Of a stretch of DNA of 64,000 bases, positions 12,137 to 22,705 are shown one piece after another; positions within the stretch are counted from its first letter, which is position 1; each line of letters starts with the position of its first letter. Made by a program: the position numbers and the translations under genes. The notes under the pieces are model-generated. The model did not search any database, had not been told where the DNA came from, and saw only the letters and a program-made list of their open reading frames with translations. The stretch is from Hypanus sabinus (lineage: Eukaryota), in NCBI RefSeq assembly GCF_030144855.1, contig NC_082731.1, forward strand, positions 31,806,001 through 31,870,000. Direction: 5' to 3'.

Positions 12137-12361
12137 CTGAACAGGGTCAGGGTTCATGCACCTGAGCCCAGGTTACCCCAAACCTCCACCTCTCCCTTCC
12201 CATTAACCCCCTCACAATTACCCCTCTGCCTCCACCCATCTCCAACTCCTCACCTGGACTCCCGCCTCCCTCCTCCTCCTCCGTCTCTGCTCACCTCCAA
12301 CCCCTGCCCGCAAATCTTTGGCCTTCCAGCTCGCTCCCCCCGTTCCGGGCGGGGCCCCTAC

Positions 12362-12508
12362 CTGTTCCAGCTGGCGTTGCCCGAGCGCCGACTGCTCGAG
12401 GCGGGACCCCAGGATCCGGGTCAGCTCCCGCTCCTCCCTCAGCGCCCTCAACGCCTCCCGTAGCTCGGACATGGCCCCCGTGCCCTCGGCACTCGGCCTC
12501 TGCTGGGA
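12362..12508 (-). CDS. RPGRIP1: RPGRIP1-like exon (SQQRPSAEGTGAMSELREALRALREERELTRILGSRLEQSALGQRQLEQ)
   Basis: cag acceptor and GTAGGG donor, 147 nt, phase 0/0, coiled-coil. Confidence 0.8.
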
Positions 12509-13026
12509 CTGAAGATGGGCACGTCAGCGGAGGGAGGGAGACTCAAGGCGAGGAGGAGGAGGGAAGGACAATGGAGAGGAAGGGGAGGGAGAAGTGTGCT
12601 GGAGAGCGAAGGGAATGGAGGAGTGGGTGGAGGAGGAGGAGGGATTGGTGAAAGGGGGGGGGAGTGTGAGAAGGGAGAGGGGATGAGGACAGGGACGAGG
12701 AGGGATCGAGGCAAGGAGGAGGGAGTGAGGTTCATGGGTGGAGGGAGGGATAGAGGGGCAAAGGATGGGGAGGAAAAGAGTAGGGAAAGTGAGGGATGAG
12801 TGTTGAGGGGGCAATGAGGAGGGGTGAGTGTTGAGGAGAGGATGAAGGATGGTGAGGAAGGGGTGAGGGTTGAGAGAAGATGAGGGAGAGGTGAGGGATG
12901 AGGAAGGAGGGGTGAGTGTTGAGGAAAGGGATGATGAAGGAGGGGTGTGTTGAGGGGGAGGGAGGAGGAAGGGGTGAGTGTTGAGGGGGAGGGAGGAGGT
13001 TGATGACAGGAAGTTCAAGGACCTAC

Positions 13027-13047
13027 CTCCATCTCTGAGTTGAGGTA
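13027..13047 (-). CDS. Candidate 21-nt micro-exon of the RPGRIP1-like gene (YLNSEME)
   Basis: Strong acceptor ctttctctccctcag and donor GAG|GTAGGT, in frame with the next exon. No homology support; the true exon could be longer. Confidence 0.4.
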
Positions 13048-13204
13048 CTGAGGGAGAGAAAGTGGGGTGTGTGGGAGGGAGAGGGGGGAGAGGCAGTTGT
13101 CAGAGTGAGAGGAAGATAATTGAGTGTTTAGTGACACAACTGTGCTCTCTCCCTCAGCCTCACAATGAAAGGGTCTGGGGTGGATGTCCCGGGAGACAGG
13201 TCCC

Positions 13205-13941
13205 ATCCCACCCTCTCCACCACCTCCCACCCCCTCAACACCTCCCACTCCCTCACCACCTCCCACTCCTTCAACACCCCTCCCACTCCCTCACCAGCTC
13301 CACCATTCCCTCTCCTCCACCTCCCACTCCCTCAACACCCCTCCCATTCCCTCACCACCTCCACCATTCCCTCTTCACCACCTCCCACTCCCTCACCACC
13401 TCCCACTCCCTCACCACCCCTCCCATTCCCTCACCACCTCTCCCACTCCCTCCCCACCCCCCACTCCCTCCACACCCCCCCACTCCACCACCTCCCATTC
13501 CCTCACCACCTCTCCCACTCCCTCACCACCTCTCCCACTCCCTCTCCACCCCTCCCACTCCCTCACCTCTCCCACTCCCTCTCCACCTCTCCCACTCCCT
13601 CTCCTCCACCTCCCACTCCCTCAACACCCCTCCCATTCCCTCACCACCTCCACCATTCCCTCTTCACCACCTCCCACTCCCTCACCACCTCCCACTCCCT
13701 CACCACCCCTCCCATTCCCTCACCACCTCTCCCACTCCCTCCCCACCCCCCCACTCCCTCCACACCCCCCCCACTCCACCACCTCCCATTCCCTCACCAC
13801 CTCTCCCACTCCCTCACCACCTCTCCCACTCCCTCTCCACCCCTCCCACTCCCTCACCTCTCCCACTCCCTCTCCACCTCTCCCACTCCCTCACCACCCC
13901 TCCCATTCCCTCACCACCCCTCCCATTCCCTCCCCACCCCC
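13205..13941. repeat. C-rich degenerate repeat (ccacctcccactccctca)n with internal block duplication, ending at a 200-N gap (13942-14141)
   Basis: ~18-20-bp units; a ~300-bp block is repeated. Confidence 0.9.
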
Positions 13942-14141
13942 NNNNNNNNNNNNNNNNNNNNNNNNNNNNNNNNNNNNNNNNNNNNNNNNNNNNNNNNNNN
14001 NNNNNNNNNNNNNNNNNNNNNNNNNNNNNNNNNNNNNNNNNNNNNNNNNNNNNNNNNNNNNNNNNNNNNNNNNNNNNNNNNNNNNNNNNNNNNNNNNNNN
14101 NNNNNNNNNNNNNNNNNNNNNNNNNNNNNNNNNNNNNNNNN

Positions 14142-16522
14142 CTCTCATCTCCTCCGGCAGGGAGTCCACCTGCCACTGACCCACTAAGAGTCCGGAACAT
14201 TTCGCCCAGTTGATCCTGGCGGAGGATGCTGCCGAGAAAATGTCTTGGCACTCGCGCATCCTCCGCAGGTCACTGGGATCTGTCATCATGAGGAGTACAT
14301 CATCGGCGTAGGCCGAGAGGACGACCTCCATGTCCGGTTCGCGTAGAACCAGACCTGTCAGCCTTCGCCGTAGGAGGCTCAGGAATGGCTCGACACAGAT
14401 CGCGTACAATTGACCGGACATGGGGCATCCCTGACGTACTCCTCTTCTGAAGGGAATGGGCGCTTCCAGCAATCCATTGACCTTAACAAGGCACTCTGCG
14501 GCAGAGTAGAGGAGCCGAACTCGGGCCACAAAGTGTGGTCCGAGCCCAAAGGCCTGCAGAGTGCCCACCAGGAAACTGTGGTCTACCCGGTCAAACGCCT
14601 TCTCCTGGTCAAGAGAAAGAAACGCTGCCGGGGTCCCAGTCTCCTGGTACAGGTGGATCAGGTCCCGTACTAGGTGGACATTGTCCTGGATGGAGCAGCC
14701 CGGGACCCAGTCTCCTGCTGCAGGTGGATCAGGTCCCGTACTAGGTGGACATTGTCCTGGATGGAGCGGCCCGGGACCCAGTCTCCTGGTGCAGGTGGAT
14801 CAGGTCCCGTACTAGGTGGACATTGTCCTGGATGGAGCGGCCCGGGACTGTGTAAGATTGGTCAGGATGAATCACCTGTCTCAGTCCTGAACCAAGACGG
14901 TTGGCCATTGCCCGGGCGAAGATCTTGTAGTCCGCGCACAAGAGGGAGACCGGGCGCCAGTTCTTTAGCAGGCGAAGGTCTCCCTTCTTGGGCAGCAGGA
15001 CCACGACAGCTCTCCGCCATGAGAGGGGCAATTCCCCGGTGGCTAGGCTCTCCCCTACAACAAGGCTGTAATCGACCCCCAAGACATCCCAAAAAGCCTG
15101 ATAAAACTCCACACTCAGACCATCTAAGCCAGGGGATTTACCCCTCCGGAGTTGCCGAAGGGCAGCAGACAGCTCCTCCCCAGTCAGGGAGGCGTCCAGA
15201 CGCGCTGCGTCATCGGGGCTGACCTTTGGTAAATCTTCCCAGACCTCACTGCACGCCCCCGCATTTGACGGATCCGGTGAGAATAAGGACCGATAGAAAG
15301 TGCGGACTTCTTCGATAATTTCGTCAGGATCCGTGATGGAGGAGCCATCAGCAGCCAATAGCTCCACCAGCTGCTTTTGAACTCCCCGCCACTTCTCCAA
15401 CGAGTAGAAGAAGGGTGAGCCGCGGTCCAAATCTTGCAGCATTTGGATCCGCGACCTCACATATGCACCTCGGGACTGCTGAAGCTGCAGATTCCTGAGT
15501 GCGTCCTTCTTCTCCTGGTATTCCTGCCACGTTTGATGGTCTCCACCGGTCGAACCAAGACGGGTCTCCAGGTCAAGCAACGCTCTCTCAAGCCGCTCAA
15601 TCTCAGAGTCCCGCCTCTTTGTCGACCCCCTAGTGTACTCCCGACATAAAAACCGGATGTGGGCCTTGCCCACATCCCACCACAGCCGTAGGGAGCAGAA
15701 CTCTCTCCGTCTCTCTCTCCAGGCGGCCCAGAACGCTCGGAATGAATCATGGAATCGGCTGTCCTCCAGCAGCCGGTTGTTAAAGTGCCAATACCCGGAT
15801 CCCACCCGAGGGTGCAGAGGAGTAAATTCCATCCACACAAGGTGATGATCCGAGCACGACACCGGCCGCATGGAGGAAGCCGACACGCGGGAGACATAAG
15901 CCCGAGAGATATACAGGCGGTCTATCCGGGAACCCCCCTCTCTCGATCTTCTGGAGAAGGCGCTAGAGTCGGGGTGAAGATTCCGCCAGCTGTCCACCAA
16001 GTCAAAGGAGCCGACTAGCTCCTTTAACTTTTTCGCTGATGCCGGGTCGCGCTGGAGGCCCGAGCGGTCCTCCACCTCGAGGGTACAGTTGAAGTCTCCC
16101 CCGAGGACGACGCAGTCCCCCAGGTCGATGGAACTCAGCAAGGTGGACAGCTGACAGAATAGGCGCGTCTGCATCACCCCGCGCCTCGGAGCGTACACGT
16201 TGATAAAATGTAACGGTACACCATCCAGGCGCACAGCCAGGTGGAGCAGACGGCCGGGCACAGCATCTTGGACTCCTACGATTTCTGGCCGGAAGGTTGG
16301 GGCCAACAGGATCGCCACCCCACTAGAGTTGGAGCTAAGGTGACTCATGTAGACCCCGCCCTGCCACTCCAGGAGCCAAGCGGACTCGTCCCCCGGGGTG
16401 GTATGGGTTTCCTGCAGGAAACTCACCGCGTATCTCCCGTCCCTGAGGACTGAGAGATTGTTATACCTGCGGAGAGAGCCCCTGCTACCATTTACATTGA
16501 GTCTAGCTATGGTAAGCTTCAT
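14142..16522 (-). pseudogene. Tx1 ORF2 (APE endonuclease + reverse transcriptase), frameshifted by a 71-bp triplication and truncated by the gap
   Basis: MKLTIARLNVNG, FLQETH, INVYAP, GGDFN, SRIDRLY, SDH; KSPGLDG, DQEKAFDRV, GVRQGCP, YADD. A 71-bp unit at 14635, 14706 and 14777 adds 142 nt. Confidence 0.92.
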
Positions 16523-16534
16523 GTCGGAAGCACA

Positions 16535-18583
16535 CTAGGCCTCAGCACCAGTCCCCTTCCCACTGAGAGCGATGGCGCCCTCAGCCGCACTCTCCCGAAG
16601 AAAACCGAGAATATCCTTTGCTTTCCGGGCCCGACTGCTACCATCGCTACCCTGTGACCCACCATCTCCCGAAGGAGCGAGGCTGCTTTTCATCCTGATG
16701 TCCCGCACCAGGTCATCCAGGAAGGATTTCAGCTGCCGCCTGTCATTCCCTGACACAGCATTCCTCTTCCCCTTCCCCTTCCGTCTGAGGATGACCCTCA
16801 GGGACTTCACCAGCCTCGGCATGCTAGGCCAGCGAAGCGAGGCTAGTTTAGGCCGATGCTTTGCACCAACGGAGGAGTGAATAAACTCTCTGATCTCCTC
16901 CACAGGTATCAATGGGGACTTCTCTGGAGGGGTGAGGATGTCCATTGTCTCGCTGTCAAATGAATCCCCCTCCAACCCCTCACTGCAGACAGATCCCCCA
17001 CCGTCCTCCTCAGGTGGTGTATAAGGTGGCTGCCCCTGTAACCTACACTGCACAGTGGGTACCTCCCCCATACCTTCCCGCTCCACCGTCGCAGCAGTCT
17101 TACCCACAGTTGCGACGATGGAGGGAAAACCCCAAGGGACTCCCTGCAGGCCATTAGTTGATGGGGTCGGCATGCAGGTTACATCACCCTCCCCAGGAGA
17201 CAGGCGTGAAGGGGACCCCAGCAGCTCTGGCCCAATGGATTCACTGGCAGCCTGATGCTGACTGTGAGAGAGCCTGGTCTCCTCTCCACCTGTACTACTT
17301 AATACATTTGCCTCCAAGGAGGCGCTGACTGCTAAGTCCTGGGTGGAGGGCTCCAGGTCTGTTTTAGGCGTGCAAACAGGCCCAGCACTAGCTTCATGCA
17401 TAACCACACCACCCACCCCAGGACTGGTGTCTACATCTGGGGATTCAGGGTTAGACACAACTCCCACCTGGATCCCCACCCCTGTCTGGGACTCCCCCTC
17501 ATCTGCATTCTCTGCTCTCTTGGGGGAACAATCCCATCTCCTCTTCAAGCCGGAGGAGCACACAGGTGCAGAATTCACCGACAGCGCGGTACTCTCCGCT
17601 CCTATCGCCCCGTCCAGCCGTACGCTTCCCCGAGTCTCCCCCTCCACCTCAGGGCAAATGGGCGTGAGCTCTGCGGTCTCGGGGGCCGACTTCTTCACGT
17701 GTTTCGACTTCTTCCTCGCTTTCTTGCCCCGCCCGGACTCCACCCCGTCCCTCGCCTGAACCTCCCCACACGTAGCCCCAGGATCACCCGCCTGAACCAC
17801 AGGGGTAGGAGCAGACGTAGGAATAGGGGCAGGGTTAGAGACAGGGTCAGGGGCAGGAGCAGGGGTCGGCACAGGTGTTGGAGCAGGGATGGGATCAGGG
17901 GCAGAGGTAGCTGGGGCACTGGTTCCCGAAGTGGACTCTCTGGGTTTTCGGGTGCTAGGACAGTCCCTCCGAAAGTGCCCCACCTCCCCGCACGCATGGC
18001 ACCGTGGGCGCTCAGAGCTCCAATACACCTGTTAATCCACCCCCCCGTGCCGGACAGTAAACCGGCCCTCAACTTCGTCCTCCCTTTCCAGTTTCATGAA
18101 TACCTGTCGCCGGAAAGAGATTACGGTCCGGAGGGTGCGCCTCCTGAATTTGTGCCTGATGGCAGTTATTTCTGACCGTACTTGCCCCAAGCGGGCCAAT
18201 GCGGGAAGCAGGTCCTCGTTGGGGATGAAAGGCTGTACGTGACCGAGGACGATGCGTTGTGTGGGAGCTGTCACTAGCTCCATCTGTAAAAAGATGTTCT
18301 CCACCGTGATCCCTCTACTGAGGGCCCGATGCACCAACTCATCATTCCTCAGGTAAAACACCGCCTTCCCGAACTCCTTCTCAGCGGCCAAAACACCATC
18401 TCTCCCCAACAAGTCCTCCATGGCCTCCGCGCACTTTTCCAGGGTAGTTCCAGTTCGCAAAATACATTGCACCCCGCGTTCAACTTTCACCGCCCGAAAC
18501 AGGGCGTTGTCCGAGGCCGGAGAGGCAGCCGCCTTTGCATAACTCCCCGAAGGCCTGCGACTCCCTGTAGACCGGTCCGGCAT
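16535..18583 (-). pseudogene. Tx1 ORF1 (gag-like, zinc knuckle) with one in-frame TAA
   Basis: ORFs 18032-18583 and 16535-18028 share a frame and are separated by TAA (VD*QVYWS). SYAKAA N-terminus, FRRQVFMKL, CHACGEVGHFRRDC (CX2CX4HX4C). Confidence 0.9.
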
Positions 18584-19107
18584 GTTACTTGTGTGTCCGA
18601 ACCGAGAATGATACGGTGGTGCAGGTTATAAAGTCTCGGAGTGAATTGAGTAACTGGTGGGAAAAGTTTGTACTCGACGGTACCTTGCTGGCCCAATGCC
18701 AGAAATTCCAACGCCAGGAAAGGCTCCGTTAGTCCTGTAGAAACTTCCAGGCCGTGAGAGGTCGAGACGTCCCAAACGACGGTTCGGCTCCAACACCGAA
18801 CGAGAATCCCGACGATAGAGATGGAAGGAGGTTGCCCCGATGTCAATGGGGACAAACAACGTCGTTTGCCTCCGGTTTTGGGAGCGAAACTGCTTCACGG
18901 CGAGTTGCCAGCCGCCACAGCAGAGTGCTACGCAGTTCGAGGCCGTAAACGAACCCCGTCCAAACTGGCAGAAAAACTCCAAACGAAGCTTCCACTCTAA
19001 ACCAGCCGCTCACTTAGAAGTTCAAGGGACGTTGGAAACCAATTTCCAAGCCATTCAAGACCTTCATAAAGTAGTTTATCCCCGATTTCTCCCAGCGCAA
19101 TCAGAAC

Positions 19108-20166
19108 AGCTCCACTCTGTGTCTGACCCCGGGAGTGTGTGATGGGACGGTGTGGAGGGAGATTCACTCTGTGTCTGACCCCGAGAGTGCGTGATGGGAC
19201 GGTGTGGAGGGAGCTTCACTCTGTGTCTGACCCCGGGAGTGTGTGATGGGATGGTGTGGAGGGAGATTCACTCTGTGTCTGACCCCAGGGGGCTGTGATG
19301 GGACGGTGTGGAGGGAGTTTCACTCTGTGTCTGACCCCGGGAGTGTGTGATGGGACGGTGTGGAGGGAGATTCACTCTGTGTCTGACCCCGGGAGTGTGT
19401 GATGGGACGGTGTGGAGGGAGATTCACTCTGTGTCTGACCCCAGGAGTGTGTGATGGGACGGTGTGGAGGGAGATTCACTCTGTGTCTGACCCCAGGAGT
19501 GTGTGATGGGACGGTGTGGAGGGAGTTTCACTCTGTGTCTGACCCTGGGAGTGTGTGATGGGACGGTGTGGAGGGAGATTCACTATGTGTCTGACCCCGG
19601 GAGTGTGTGATGGGACGGTGTGGAGGGAGTTTCACTCTGTGTCTGACCCCGGGAGTGTGTGATGGGACGGTGTGGAGGGAGATTCACTCTGTGTCTGACC
19701 CTGGGAGTGTGTGATGGGACGGTGTGGAGGGAGATTCACTATGTGTCTGACCCCGGGAGTGTGTGATGGGACGGTGTGGAGGGAGTTTCACTCTGTGTCT
19801 GACCCTGGGAGTGTGTGATGGGACGGTGTGGAGGGAGATTCACTATGTGTCTGACCCCGGGAGTGTGTGATGGGACGGTGTGGAGGGAGTTTCACTCTGT
19901 GTCTGACCCCGGGAGTGTGTGATGGGACGGTGTGGAGGGAGATTCACTCTGTGTCTGACCCTGGGAGTGTGTGATGGGACGGTGTGGAGGGAGATTCACT
20001 ATGTGTCTGACCCCGGGAGTGTGTGATGGGACGGTGTGGAGGGAGATTCACTCTGTGTCTGACCCCGGGAGTGCGTGATGGGACGGTGTGGAGGGAGCTT
20101 CACTCTGTGTCTGACCCCGGGAGTGTGTGATGGGACGGTGTGGAGGGAGATTCACTCTGTGTCTGA
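19108..20166. repeat. 52-bp minisatellite, ~20 near-identical copies
   Basis: cactctgtgtctgaccccgggagtgtgtgatgggacggtgtggagggagatt at 19113, 19165 ... 20153. Confidence 0.98.
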
Positions 20167-20223
20167 TCGTGTGACTGGACAGTACTGACACAAACACCAG
20201 GGACACTATTGTAAACTCTATAC

Positions 20224-20229
20224 TTTATT
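20224..20229 (-). terminator. AATAAA polyadenylation signal of the NUT-like gene
   Basis: tttatt on the + strand, 35 nt past the stop codon. Confidence 0.65.
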
Positions 20230-20264
20230 TACTAATGGATATGCATTGACTCTCTAGGCAACCC

Positions 20265-21488
20265 TCAGTCCCTCTTCATCCTCTTGCTTCTCCGCACCGC
20301 CACCGCATCGTGCTTCTTCTTCTCCACATGGATCCAGGTCCTGGGGACAGGGGAGTTCCTGCCTATCCCAGCCTTCTCTGATGCCCTCGCACAGCTTAGC
20401 ACTTGCCCACTGGAGAGCAGGCCCAGGCTCCGGGCCTCATCCTGTGGGATCCTCCAGCACGCTCTGTCCTCCAGCTTGACGGCCACCTCACCCTCTCCAC
20501 AGCCATCCCTGATGGACATGGGATCCTGAGGAAGGAAATGGCCATGAGAAACATTCCCGGCACCCTGGCATGGAGTAGGGGCCTTACCTTCGGCCTGGGC
20601 CTCGCTGTGGGCCTGAGCCACTGTTAGGGACTTGATTTGAGTCTGGGCTTCAGCTGAGCCCATGATTTGGGTTTGTGCCTCTACCTTGGCCCTAATTTGG
20701 CTCTGGGCTAGAGCTGGGGCCTTGATTTGGGCTTCATCCCCCATTAAGCCACCAATTTTGCCCTGGGCTTCATTTGGTCCCCTGTTTTGAGTTTCAGTCT
20801 CAGTTGAACCCCTCATTTGGGTTTGGGCCTCACTTGATTCCATGATTTGGGCCTGGGGTTCAGTTGGAGCCTTGCTGTCGGCGTGAGCCACTGCTAGGGC
20901 CTTGATTTGTTTCTGGGATTTCGATAAAACCCTGCTTTTGGCTTGATCATTTGCCTGGGCCCTGATTTGAGCTTCTGCAGTTGAGGCTCTGTTTTTGCCC
21001 TGGGATTCAATTGGGCATCTAGTTTGGGCCTTATCTCCAGTTGGGGCCCAGCTTTGGATGGAGCCTTTAGCCTGTCTGTCCTGCTGCCCTGAGGCTGGCA
21101 TCCCAGCATCAGTCAGGCCTGATGGCCCAGTCCTACAGTCTCTGCTGACAATGGGGCCATGTGATCCAGGTTGAGATACCCCAGGGCTGAGGGGAGGGGT
21201 CTGACAGACCCTCTGGAAGGATTCGGGGGGCAGGACAGTCGGTGGGGGAGGCTGGACCAGAGCCTGGGCATTGACTGAGGAGGATGTGCACTGGCCGTGG
21301 GCTGACTGCAAGGCCAGGCGCTGGAGGTGGCTGGAGTAGGAGCAGTCCTGCCCCAGAGGGGATAGCAGGAGTTCCGGGAGGGGCTGAGTGGCCTCGGGTT
21401 GGCGGGCCAGGGGTGGGGAGGGGCAGCGGAGGATGGGGGGCACAGTTGGTTGGCCAGATACAGCCTCCGCTGTCGGGGTCTTTGAATC
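20265..21488 (-). CDS. NUTM1: NUT-family protein, last coding exon (low-complexity region, 10-aa repeats, basic C-terminus RRSKRMKRD)
   Basis: cag acceptor at 21489-21491, phase 0, 1224 nt open to TGA. A large terminal exon with a basic NLS-like tail is typical of NUTM1. Confidence 0.8.
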   Translation of the reverse strand, partial: DSKTPTAEAVSGQPTVPPILRCPSPPLARQPEATQPLPELLLSPLGQDCSYSSHLQRLALQSAHGQCTSSSVNAQALVQPPPPTVLPPESFQRVCQTPPLSPGVSQPGSHGPIVSRDCRTGPSGLTDAGMPASGQQDRQAKGSIQSWAPTGDKAQTRCPIESQGKNRASTAEAQIRAQANDQAKSRVLSKSQKQIKALAVAHADSKAPTEPQAQIMESSEAQTQMRGSTETETQNRGPNEAQGKIGGLMGDEAQIKAPALAQSQIRAKVEAQTQIMGSAEAQTQIKSLTVAQAHSEAQAEGKAPTPCQGAGNVSHGHFLPQDPMSIRDGCGEGEVAVKLEDRACWRIPQDEARSLGLLSSGQVLSCARASEKAGIGRNSPVPRTWIHVEKKKHDAVAVRRSKRMKRD

Positions 21489-22603
21489 CTGTGGAGAGGA
21501 GAGAGGGGGCGAGTTAGTGAGGAGAAGGAGGAGTGATAGAGGAAGGGGGTAGGTGTCAGGAAGAGTGGAGCAGGAGAAGGTTCAGGATGGTGAGGGATGG
21601 AGGGCAGGTATTAGTGAAGGGGGTAGCAAGGGAATTTGAGGGGGGAAGGGGAGAGAGCAGAAGTGAGATGAGGGGAGAGGGAGGGGAAGAGGGATAGAGA
21701 TAGCGGGTTTAGTGAAAAGGGAGGTATGAGGGTAACGGGGAACGAGTTGGGAATAGAGCAGGAGGAAGGGTAGGGAGGAGGTGAGCAGCAGAAAGGAAAG
21801 GGTGAGGGGCTGTTGCTGAGCAGAGGTGATGGAGGGAGTAAGGAAACACGGAGGGGGAGAGGAAGGGAGGGAGAGAGGGAGGGAGAGAGGGAGGGAGAGA
21901 GGGAGGGAGAGAGGGAGGGGGGGCGGTTAGGGAGCAGAGGGCTGGTTGTTGAGGGTGGGAATGATGGGGAGATATACGGGGTCAGATACGAGAGGCATTT
22001 TGAAAGGGGAGGGAGGGGGTGTTGGCCACTTCGCTCTTCCTCCCTCTTATCTCCGCTCAAAATGCACCATAACTCCCTCAGATCCACACGCTCTCCCTCC
22101 TTCCCACCCCCACTCCCTCCCTCTCTCATCCCCTTCCCACTCTCCATTCTCCCCCTTCCCCAAAATAAAACATAGGAGCAGGATTAGTCCATTTGGCCTA
22201 TCAACTCTGCTCTGCCATTTCATCCTGGCTGATCCATTTCCCTCTCGGCCTTTCCTTGTACCCTCCTCTTTTCTCTCTCCACTCTCTCCCCTTTCTCTCA
22301 CTCTAACCTTACCCCTTTCTCCCATCTCGCCCCTCTTTCTCCCCCACTTTATCTCTCTACCTCCTCCCCTTTCTCTCTCCCTCTTCCCTCTGCCTTTCTG
22401 CTCTCTCTCCCCTCTCCCTCTTCATAACCCCTCTTTCCCTCACCCTCCCATACTCATCCCTCCTCATCTCCCACTTCCCCTTCCCCTCTCTTTCTTTCTC
22501 TCTCTCCCACTTCCTGTCTTCCTTCCCCCCTCTCCCCTCTCTATTTCTCCCCTTCACCCCTCTCCCCCATCTCTTTCTCTCTCTTTCCGCATTCCTCCCT
22601 CAC

Positions 22604-22705
22604 CTCGGCCTCCGACGCTAGGTCTCGGAGCAGCTGCGGGAAGTCCAGGGACGCGTGGGGGGAGAGGAGGTCGGACAGGAAGCGTGGGTGGATGATGGTT
22701 TCAGT
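22604..22705 (-). CDS. NUTM1: NUT-family exon (TETIIHPRFLSDLLSPHASLDFPQLLRDLASEAE)
   Basis: cag acceptor and GTGAGG donor, 102 nt, phase 0/0. Matches human NUT VEAVIHPQFLADLLSP. Confidence 0.9.

Larger units (their letters stand above)
14142..19107 (-). mobile_element. Tx1-clade (L1 group) non-LTR retrotransposon, 5'-complete, 3' end lost in the gap
   Basis: ~520-bp 5'UTR, ORF1 with CCHC knuckle, 12-nt spacer, ORF2 with APE endonuclease and RT. Tx1-type motifs include WHFNNRLLED, LRLWWDVGK and LKNWRPVSLL. Confidence 0.93.

Noticed and set aside
19113-20166. CRISPR-like regular repeats (also 7222-7670, 63254-64000)
   Set aside because: Head-to-tail units with no unique spacers, no cas genes, and a vertebrate context.
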